This document shows, one piece after another, positions 19,601 to 26,203 of a DNA stretch of 64,000 nt. The position numbers and the translations under genes were made by a program. Origin of the DNA: Planctomycetota bacterium (GTDB taxonomy: Bacteria > Planctomycetota > PLA2 > JAEUHO01); the NCBI GenBank assembly GCA_029259775.1, contig JAJDEN010000020.1, positions 78,846-142,845 on the forward strand, written 5' to 3'. The notes beneath the pieces are model-generated. The model ran no database searches and was not told the DNA's origin. It worked only from the letters and a program-made list of their open reading frames with translations. The number at the start of each line of letters is the position of its first letter. Position 1 is the stretch's first letter.

Positions 19601-20222
19601 CAAGGGGACTACGACTGTCCTCGGAGCCGACGCCACGGAGTCCGCCGTCAGAACAGCCTCGAATGGGAAGCGCGTGCTCCACCTCGCCACGCACGGCTTC
19701 GTGCGCGACAACCTGATGCGCGGCCTGATCCGCGGTCGTGACGACAAGCGCTGGCTGGGCGCATCCAAGGAACGCCAATTCGCGGCAGGCCACGATCCGA
19801 TGAATCTCTCCGGCCTGGCCATGGCCGGAGCCAACACGCGCAAGGGCGGCGGCGACGACGACGGCATCCTCACGGCGCTGGAGGCATCGCACCTGGACCT
19901 CGACGGCGTGGAACTCGTTGTCCTGTCTGCCTGCGAGACGGCGCTCGGGACGGCTGAGTCGGGCGAGGGCGTCATCGGTCTCGTGCGCGGGTTTCAGATG
20001 GCCGGAGCCAAGCAGGTCATCGGAAGCCTGTGGAAGGTGGACGACGACGCGACGACAGCGTTGATGGTGAAGATGTACGAACTCTGGGCACCCAAGGACG
20101 GCGGGAAACGCATCCCTGCCGCCGTAGCGCTGAGGAAGGCACAGGAGTACGTGCGCGGTCACGACAAGTGGAAGCACCCCTACTACTGGGCGGCGTGGGT
20201 GATCTGGGGCGTCGGGGACTGA
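16608..20222 (+). CDS. secreted tetratricopeptide-repeat CHAT-domain (caspase-like) protease
   Basis: Signal peptide; 14 42-aa repeats of type GPEHPDVAxSLNNLA; CHAT dyad LHLATHG and VLSACET; SLWKVDDDAT; HPYYWAAW. Confidence 0.93.
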   Translation: MRVSVIALVCLLLLLGPAAAEDEKKEEPKKPAPEMTEAEREAALKKAKRLNQRLVSLHGEAKYAQALPVAREALKIRENALGPEHPDVALSLYNLASLLDNLRHYEEARPLYERALKIREKALGAEHPDVALTLNNLASVLVTLRQYKEARPLFERALKIREKALGLEHPRVALSLHNLASMLVTLRQYEEARPLYERALKIRENAFGPGHPDVAPSLNNLASLLLDLRQYEEARPLFERALKIWEKALGLEHPRVALSLSNLALLLQNLRQFEEARPLHERALKIREKAFGPEHPDVASSLHNLASLLKTLGQYEEARLHYERAIKIREKALGAEHPNVASSLHSLASLLQTLGQYEEARLLYERALKIRENAFGPGHPDVAPSLHNLASLLLDLGQYEEASPLCERALEIWEKALGPEHPYVASSLNNLASVLQALGQYEEASLHLDSALNILAKAIGPDHPTVASSLNTLASLLNTLGQYQEARLLYERALKILEKTLGPERPRLALSLNNLASLLATLRQYKEARPLFERALKIWEKALGLEHPRVALSLNNLAWLLGDLGRYEEARPLYERALKIREKALGPEHPDVASSLNNLASLLGTLGQYKEARPLFERALEIREEALGPEHPKVAWSLNNLALLLGRLGQYERAVPLLARCLRATEGRVRRGLSGLQTSERLGLLHSLRRYLATWHRVAPHVRRSGLAETLRFKGILSRAMVAERRLARGANAEVLARIAALRAAERQLAKIASSPPSFRDKKKKAKWQEAYANAATEREELAVALARDFAPLRQGLERLDLKLPDIQAAIAQDAVLVDYLRSGDQYIAWVVPQNGDVKRVDLGKAEKIEAASAAFAEQAADSDDPAWGTAAKALRDLIFKPIEAHIGKSVTTLNICPDAALAAVPFGALPSSDGRTPLGVRYTISTLSMAQDLVPWEGAPKPGTGALLLGGVDYGKATAPEKNGQPRVFVDRAPRGGKYLYLAGTKAEVTAIKPGLGKGTTTVLGADATESAVRTASNGKRVLHLATHGFVRDNLMRGLIRGRDDKRWLGASKERQFAAGHDPMNLSGLAMAGANTRKGGGDDDGILTALEASHLDLDGVELVVLSACETALGTAESGEGVIGLVRGFQMAGAKQVIGSLWKVDDDATTALMVKMYELWAPKDGGKRIPAAVALRKAQEYVRGHDKWKHPYYWAAWVIWGVGD
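16830..18590 (+). repeat. 126-bp coding tandem repeat, about 14 units (TPR array)
   Basis: Near-identical DNA units such as GAGCGCGCGCTCAAGATCCGGGAGAAGGCGCT; boundaries approximate. Confidence 0.9.
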
Positions 20223-20256
20223 CGCGTAGGCGCCGTCTGATCGAGTCTGATACAGC

Positions 20257-20275
20257 GGCGACAACGTTGGGCAAC
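20257..20275 (-). repeat. right copy of 19-bp inverted repeat, abutting the glycosylase stop codon
   Basis: GGCGACAACGTTGGGCAAC. Confidence 0.9.
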
Positions 20276-20904
20276 TACGGGGTCCACTCCCCCACGTCAT
20301 GTACGCGCCACATGTACCAGGCGAAGATGGACCGATACGGGCGGTGAGGGTCGCCGCGGGGCTCGAGCTGCTTCGCCGTCGGCGCTGCCTTGGCTCCCAT
20401 GAACTTCGCGTAGCCATTGCGGACGCCGAGATCGAGCACCGGCCACACATCCATGCGGCCGAGGGAGAACATCAGGTGCATCTGCGCCGACCATGCACCG
20501 ATCCCCCACACCTGGGTGAGCGATTCGATGACGTCAGCGTCCTCCATCGACGACAAGGCCTCGGGGTCGACATGGCCCGCCGTGATGTGACGCGCCAGGT
20601 CCTTGATGCTCTTCGTCTTGGCGCCGGAGAGGCCGGCCTTGCGGTAGGTCGTGTCCCGCTTGCGCAGTACCGCGCGCGGCTCGAACCCGTCGTCGGGAAA
20701 GAGCGCCGTCACCCGCCCCCAGATCGCCGACGCCGCCGCGCCGGCCAACTGCTGGTAAGCGATCGATCGCGAGATGCTCTCGAAGGTCGACGGACGCAGC
20801 TCGACAGACGGCCGCCCCACCACCTCCACGAGGCGCGCGAAGCGCTCGTCGCGCGCGGACAACTCGCGCACAGCCTTGGCAGGTCGCCAGTAGCGGGTCG
20901 TCAC
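20275..20904 (-). CDS. DNA-3-methyladenine glycosylase II family (AlkA-like, HhH-GPD)
   Basis: SIAYQQLAGAAA; LTQVWGIGAWSAQMHLMFSLGRMDVWPVLDLGVR; PYRSIFAWYMWR; GTG start after GGAGG. Confidence 0.92.
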   Translation of the reverse strand: MTTRYWRPAKAVRELSARDERFARLVEVVGRPSVELRPSTFESISRSIAYQQLAGAAASAIWGRVTALFPDDGFEPRAVLRKRDTTYRKAGLSGAKTKSIKDLARHITAGHVDPEALSSMEDADVIESLTQVWGIGAWSAQMHLMFSLGRMDVWPVLDLGVRNGYAKFMGAKAAPTAKQLEPRGDPHRPYRSIFAWYMWRVHDVGEWTP

Positions 20905-20963
20905 GTCACCTCCGGCCGGCGAGGGTAGCGTGACCAGCAACGCGGCTCATGCGATACTGAAGA

Positions 20964-21482
20964 ATGACGCTGATGGATGCCGTATTCACCAAGGCTGAGT
21001 GGGACCTCTTGCCGGAGGGATTCCCCGCCGAGCTGATCGAGGGAACGCTCGTGCGCGAGCCGTCCCCCACGTACGGACACCAGTGCGTGGCCGCTCGCTT
21101 GCGGGCGCGACTGTTCGGCGTCGTAGGACCCGACCTGTGTCCCGACACGCCGGCCGACGTGTTCCTTGATGAGATCAACATCTTCGAGCCTGATCTCGTG
21201 GTACTGCGCGAACGGCCTGCGATGGACACGCCCTACGTCGGTATCCCATTGCTCGTCATCGAGGTCCTCTCGCCCTCCGCCGCGCGGCGCGACCGAACCG
21301 TCAAGAAGGACAAGCTGCTCGAAGCGGGCGTCGAGGAAGTCTGGCTCGTGGATCGCCGCACACGCTCGATCGAGATCCATCGGTCGGGGCCGGACGTGCG
21401 CAGTTTCCGTGCGGAGGAGACAGCCTCGTCGCGCGCGTTGCCCGGCTTTGAGGTCGTGCCGCTCGCGCTCTTCGCCGAATAG
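20964..21482 (+). CDS. Uma2 family endonuclease
   Basis: ELIEG...PSPTYGHQ; EPDLVV; LVIEVLSPS..RD...K...GVEEVWLVD. Confidence 0.9.
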   Translation: MTLMDAVFTKAEWDLLPEGFPAELIEGTLVREPSPTYGHQCVAARLRARLFGVVGPDLCPDTPADVFLDEINIFEPDLVVLRERPAMDTPYVGIPLLVIEVLSPSAARRDRTVKKDKLLEAGVEEVWLVDRRTRSIEIHRSGPDVRSFRAEETASSRALPGFEVVPLALFAE

Positions 21483-21536
21483 GGCGTGCTCGCGGATGAA
21501 GGCGTGTTCGCGGACGAATGGCTGTTCGCGGACGAA
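21483..21536. repeat. imperfect 18-bp tandem repeat x3
   Basis: GGCGTGCTCGCGGATGAA / GGCGTGTTCGCGGACGAA / TGGCTGTTCGCGGACGAA between convergent genes. Confidence 0.8.
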
Positions 21537-21549
21537 GGCGATCAACAAG

Positions 21550-22827
21550 TCAGGGGCGCGCGGGCGTCAGCGGGTCCATGGCGATGCCCGCCGAGCGGAG
21601 CAACAGGCACACGAGCTCGTACGCGGTGAAGCGCCCGAGCCCGCCCTCCGCACACGCGCGCTCGCCGAAGGACATGCAGCCGTCCGCCGTCCCGCCCGGC
21701 ACGCGAACCAGCGTGGGCACGGGATCGCTCGTGTGGTTGCCCGTACGACTATCGGTCGTGTGGTCGGCCGAGACGCCGATGACCCAGGGTTGCTCGAGCA
21801 GCGGCGCGAGGGCGGCGTCCGCGCGCTCGAGGAACAGGCGCTTCGCGTCGGGATTGCGGTCATGCGCGGCGATGTCGGTGCCCTTGACGTGCAGCCAGAC
21901 GACGTCATGATCCGACAGCGCGTCGGAGGCAGCAGCCACCTTCGCGTCGATGTCCGTATCGAGAAGACCTGTGAAGCTGGGGTGCGTCACGCAGGCGAAG
22001 CCAAGCAGCGAGCCCATGCCGAGCACCGTGCGGTCGCCTGATACGACGGCCCCCGTCAGCCCCACCGCGCTGACCACGCTCTCGAACGACTGGGCCATGC
22101 CCGCGCCGCGCGTGAGCAGGCCATTGGCCGGCGGCAGGCCCTGGGCCGCGCGCGCCTGGTTGACCGGATGTGCAGCGAGAACGTCATGCGCCCGCAGCAG
22201 CCAGGCGTTCAACGCGGCGGCCGTGCGGACAGCGGCTGCGTCGCCGGACGCCACGGCCTCGCTCGGCAGCAGTCGCTGGACGTCGCTCTCGCCACCGGGA
22301 TCCGTGTCGGTGATGTCGGCGCCGACGTCCCCACCGGAGATGCGCAATACGCCGCGATGCTGCCCAAGCGGCTCCAGGTGCATGGCCATGCCGTCGACGG
22401 GCGGCAGCGCGTTCACGGCTTGGGCCAGCTCGACGGTGCCGTGCTGGATGCGGCCCGCACGCCGGTCGAGGATGTCGAGTCCGCCGTCGCGCGACACGAC
22501 GGTCGCGAAGTTGACCCGCAAGGCGATGTCGCCGCGCGCAAGCTCCAGCCCCACCCCCGCCGCTTCCACCGGGCCGCGGCTCAGGCCCTGGGCCCCCTCG
22601 ATGTGCAGCCCCATGAGGGCTCCGGTGCCCGTCTGCGTACCGACGGTGACGCCCGGGCGCAGGGGATCCACGAGGCCGCAGCGCCCCTCGCTCGCGAGAC
22701 GATCGAGTACGGGCGTGTGCGCCGCTTCGAGCGGCGTCGCGTGGCCCAGCATGGGGATGGGGAGATCGCCCAGCCCGTCGAAGATGACGAGCAGGATCTT
22801 TCGGCGGGCAGGTGTCCCGTCCGTCAT
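21550..22827 (-). CDS. apgM: 2,3-bisphosphoglycerate-independent phosphoglycerate mutase, ApgM type
   Basis: IFDGLGD.P...TPLEAAHTPVLDRLA; SRGPVEAAG; LRVNFAT; DRRAGRI; HVKGTDIAAHD; SADHTT; HTSDPVP. Confidence 0.9.
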   Translation of the reverse strand: MTDGTPARRKILLVIFDGLGDLPIPMLGHATPLEAAHTPVLDRLASEGRCGLVDPLRPGVTVGTQTGTGALMGLHIEGAQGLSRGPVEAAGVGLELARGDIALRVNFATVVSRDGGLDILDRRAGRIQHGTVELAQAVNALPPVDGMAMHLEPLGQHRGVLRISGGDVGADITDTDPGGESDVQRLLPSEAVASGDAAAVRTAAALNAWLLRAHDVLAAHPVNQARAAQGLPPANGLLTRGAGMAQSFESVVSAVGLTGAVVSGDRTVLGMGSLLGFACVTHPSFTGLLDTDIDAKVAAASDALSDHDVVWLHVKGTDIAAHDRNPDAKRLFLERADAALAPLLEQPWVIGVSADHTTDSRTGNHTSDPVPTLVRVPGGTADGCMSFGERACAEGGLGRFTAYELVCLLLRSAGIAMDPLTPARP

Positions 22828-22861
22828 CACGAAGCCTCGCTCATCAGACGACCCATGCTCA

Positions 22862-24049
22862 TCAGAAGACCTCGTCAGGCGTGCCGTCGAAACGGTCTGC
22901 CAGCTCGGCCATGAGGATGCCCATGACCTGGTGGACCGTGTCGTCGACGTTCTCGTTCGCCACGATCGGAACCCCGAGCTGATCGGCCTCCGAGAGCATG
23001 AACGACTGCAGGTTCCAGATCTCGTCGAAGAAGTTGAGGTAGCGCTTCGCACGGCGGTCGGGCTCACGCTTGCCGCGGCCCGTGATGCGGGCCTTGAGCT
23101 GGCGCGGCTTGAGCACGGCGAGCATCACGCGCACGAAGATCGCGTCGTTGTCATCGCCCAGGCTCTTGATCAGGCCGGGGTGGGCATGCACACCTTCGAG
23201 CACCAGGGAGACACGCTCGCGCAACGCACGTCGGATCACGGCTTCGCACGCCACGGAGACGAGCTTGGCCTGGGTGAGGTAGCCGTTGACCAGCGCGGAG
23301 TCCGCGCCCTCCCCAATCTGCTCGTCGGCCGCCACGCGCTGCGGGAGCGTCTGCCACGCCTTGAAGGTCGATGTGTGGAGCACCGGCAAGAGGCCCTGCG
23401 GCATCATCATCCGCATGACCTCGCGCAGCATGTCGGTGGACTGCGTGCGTACGATCTCCATGCGGTGCGCGATCTGGGCAGCGATCGTGCTCTTGCCGCT
23501 ACCGACCGCACCGCCGACGACCAGGACCAGCGGACGCTTGCTGCGCCGGAACTCCTGCCACACGAGGTAGTGGCGTGCCGGCTCGTCGCCGAGATGGGCG
23601 AGCAGATGCGTATGCGTCAGGTGGCGCAGGTCGCGCGACGACAAGATCTTCACGTTGCGGTTGACGAGATCCTCGTAGATGAACGCAGCGGCCGTAGCAG
23701 CGGCGTCCGGAGCAATACCGCAGGAGACGAGGCTCAGCCGATGGCGTCCACGGGAGAAGGGGCTCTCGTGCCCGTCGGAGTGATGGATCAGGATCTCGGC
23801 CGGTGAGGTCGGGTTGAGGTAGCGCTGCACGACCTCGGCGCCGAAGCGCTCGATGCGCGGCACGAGCCGGCTGCGCAGTTCGTCGGTCGTGAGGTCGCCC
23901 GTCGTATCGAGTTCCTGACGCACGCCGGAGGCGATGGCGTAGGCCTCTTCGAACGGCACGCCGGCGGTCTGCAGGGACCGGGTGAGGATCCCGCGCAGGA
24001 AGGGGAAGCGCGTCCCCTCCGCCTCATCGATCACCATCGGGCGCGCCAC
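22862..24049 (-). CDS. pgk2: 2-phosphoglycerate kinase-like protein with ATP-cone domains
   Basis: PFLRGILTRSL and PFSRG ATP-cone-like starts; GGAVGSGKSTIA; STDMLREVMR; PVLHTSTFKAW; SLVLEGVH. Confidence 0.8.
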   Translation of the reverse strand: MARPMVIDEAEGTRFPFLRGILTRSLQTAGVPFEEAYAIASGVRQELDTTGDLTTDELRSRLVPRIERFGAEVVQRYLNPTSPAEILIHHSDGHESPFSRGRHRLSLVSCGIAPDAAATAAAFIYEDLVNRNVKILSSRDLRHLTHTHLLAHLGDEPARHYLVWQEFRRSKRPLVLVVGGAVGSGKSTIAAQIAHRMEIVRTQSTDMLREVMRMMMPQGLLPVLHTSTFKAWQTLPQRVAADEQIGEGADSALVNGYLTQAKLVSVACEAVIRRALRERVSLVLEGVHAHPGLIKSLGDDNDAIFVRVMLAVLKPRQLKARITGRGKREPDRRAKRYLNFFDEIWNLQSFMLSEADQLGVPIVANENVDDTVHQVMGILMAELADRFDGTPDEVF

Positions 24050-24173
24050 TAGGTTGCACCTCGGGCGCCGTGTTCCGTGCGCGGCGACGGGAGATCCATC
24101 AGGTCAGGCATGGGCAGGAAGATACACCCCCGGCCTCCCACGCGACGGGCAATCCACTGCAGAGCGGCGCGCC

Positions 24174-24836
24174 CTACTCGGAGTAGCCGATGCGGTCGAA
24201 CGGGCTCACGACGGACGACGCCATGTTCCGGGCATGAGCGCTGATGCGCTTCAGGAAGCGGATGTACAGCGCCAGGGCCGCGGCCGTGCCCGTGTCGAGC
24301 TCGACCTCGCCGCCCACGAGCGCATCCTCGAGGCGACGGTAGTGGCGGCGCACGTCGCCGGTGTAGTCGCGCATGAGGCTGCGAGCAGCGTCTTCGTCGC
24401 CCTCCTTGAAGGCGGCCACAGCGTGATCGAAGAGATCCATCGTCTCCTTCTCGAGCTGGGCCAGACGATCCTCCATCGGCCCGCCATCGAGCCGCGTGGG
24501 GTGGCTCACGGCGATGTCGTAGATGTTCTTCGCGTAGTCGCCGATGCGCTCGATGTCGATGACGATCACGACGAGTACGAGGCCCGAGGAAAGATCGGCC
24601 ACGTTGCCGAGCGAGAGGTGCGTCAGCACCTTGCGGCGGACGTCGCGCTCGAAGGAGTTGATGCGCTGGTCCAAGGCCGCGATGTCCACGTCCACCGTCG
24701 CGTCGTCGCGCCGACGAAGCGTCTCGATGGACGCGTGGATCATCTGGCGGCAGACGTCCAGCATCTCATGGCACTCCTGCAGGGCCTGCGCCTGCATGTT
24801 GTCCTTGCGGAGGAGATCCAGGAACTTGCGTAGCAT
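24174..24836 (-). CDS. PhoU-domain protein
   Basis: DQRINSFERDVRR; DIERIGDYAKNI; LKRISAHARN. Confidence 0.9.
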   Translation of the reverse strand: MLRKFLDLLRKDNMQAQALQECHEMLDVCRQMIHASIETLRRRDDATVDVDIAALDQRINSFERDVRRKVLTHLSLGNVADLSSGLVLVVIVIDIERIGDYAKNIYDIAVSHPTRLDGGPMEDRLAQLEKETMDLFDHAVAAFKEGDEDAARSLMRDYTGDVRRHYRRLEDALVGGEVELDTGTAAALALYIRFLKRISAHARNMASSVVSPFDRIGYSE

Positions 24837-24838
24837 GA

Positions 24839-26023
24839 CTATCTCCCGAAGAACACGATCAGGAACGGGATCGCGTAGAAGACGACGATGATGTAGACGA
24901 GCGGGATCAGCTTGTTCCGCATCGCGATGGTACTGAACGCTTGGGCCATGCGAATGGGGATCCAGCGGATCCACCAGACGATGGCGACACCCACGACGTT
25001 GAAGATCACATGGTGGAACGCCAGCTCGAGACCGAGGAACGCCTTGGTGTAGGCCGCTGGATCGGCGATGTCCGCCGCGGCCAACGCGGCGAGGGACGCG
25101 ATCAGCGCCGTGATCGTGGTGCCGATGTTGGCGCCCATCGTGTAGGGCATCACCTGGTGGATGGTCAGGATGCCCGCACCCACGAGGGGCACCGCGATGG
25201 ACGTGGTGATCGAACTGCTCTGGACGAGCACCGTCAAGATGAAGCCGAAGAACAGCCCACGGGCCGCGGACTTGAAGATCACCCGATCGAACAGGTTCTC
25301 CAGCTTCTCGAGCATGATGCTCTTGAGCACCTTCACCAGCATGATCAGGCCGAGGAACGTCATGGCCACACCGATGGCGAGCATGATCCCGCTACCGTTG
25401 CCGAACCACTCCGTGCTTAGGGTGTCCCCCAGCCAGCCGGCCACGCTGTCGCAGAACTTCTGGATCCCCTCGATGATCGGCTTCGTGATGGCCTTGATCG
25501 GGTTGGCGAGCTTCGTGCCGCCGATGTCCTGGAAGGCGTGGGCCGACCAGCCTGCCATCTTGTCCAGGAAGCCGGTGTAGACCTCGAGCGGGAACAGGAT
25601 CACGAGCACGATGAGATTGAAGAAGTCGTGTACCGTCGCGGCCGCGAAGGCACGTTGGTACTCCGCCGTCTGGCGCATGTGGCCGATGGAGACGAGCGTG
25701 TTCGTGACCGTCGTGCCGACGTTGGCGCCCATGACCATGTAGATGCCGGCGCTGTAGCCGACCTGTCCGCTCGCGACGAGCGCGACGACCATGCTCGTCG
25801 TCGTCGAGGAGCTCTGGACGAGCGTCGTGGCCAGGATGCCGATGAACAGCGAGACCAGGGGACCCGTAGCGCCGCCGAGCAGTTCCTCGGTGTAGCCCGC
25901 ACCCATGGCCTTGAACGAGCCACCCAGCGTCCCGATGCCGAGCAGGAAGAGGTAGAGGAAGCTGAAGGTCAGCAGGACCTTCACCCACGTGGGCAGTCGG
26001 GAGAGCAGGCTAGGGGCACCCAT
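24839..26023 (-). CDS. nptA: Na/Pi cotransporter
   Basis: Duplicated LVQSSSTTTS...MGANVGTT and LVQSSSITTS...MGANIGTT; AATVHDFFN. Confidence 0.92.
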   Translation of the reverse strand: MGAPSLLSRLPTWVKVLLTFSFLYLFLLGIGTLGGSFKAMGAGYTEELLGGATGPLVSLFIGILATTLVQSSSTTTSMVVALVASGQVGYSAGIYMVMGANVGTTVTNTLVSIGHMRQTAEYQRAFAAATVHDFFNLIVLVILFPLEVYTGFLDKMAGWSAHAFQDIGGTKLANPIKAITKPIIEGIQKFCDSVAGWLGDTLSTEWFGNGSGIMLAIGVAMTFLGLIMLVKVLKSIMLEKLENLFDRVIFKSAARGLFFGFILTVLVQSSSITTSIAVPLVGAGILTIHQVMPYTMGANIGTTITALIASLAALAAADIADPAAYTKAFLGLELAFHHVIFNVVGVAIVWWIRWIPIRMAQAFSTIAMRNKLIPLVYIIVVFYAIPFLIVFFGR

Positions 26024-26203
26024 AGCTCGGAAGATTCCTCCAAGGCAGCTTGCTGTGTCGCTCTGTCTGCGGGTCTGATAGCACGGACCGCTCCGGTGCA
26101 AGATGGCAAATCGGGTTGGTTTCCGCCTGCGCGATTGCGAGGGCGCGGTCTGTTCCACTCCGCAGGGGAACAGTACGCTCTACGCCCCCCTCCTGGAGGC
26201 CCC

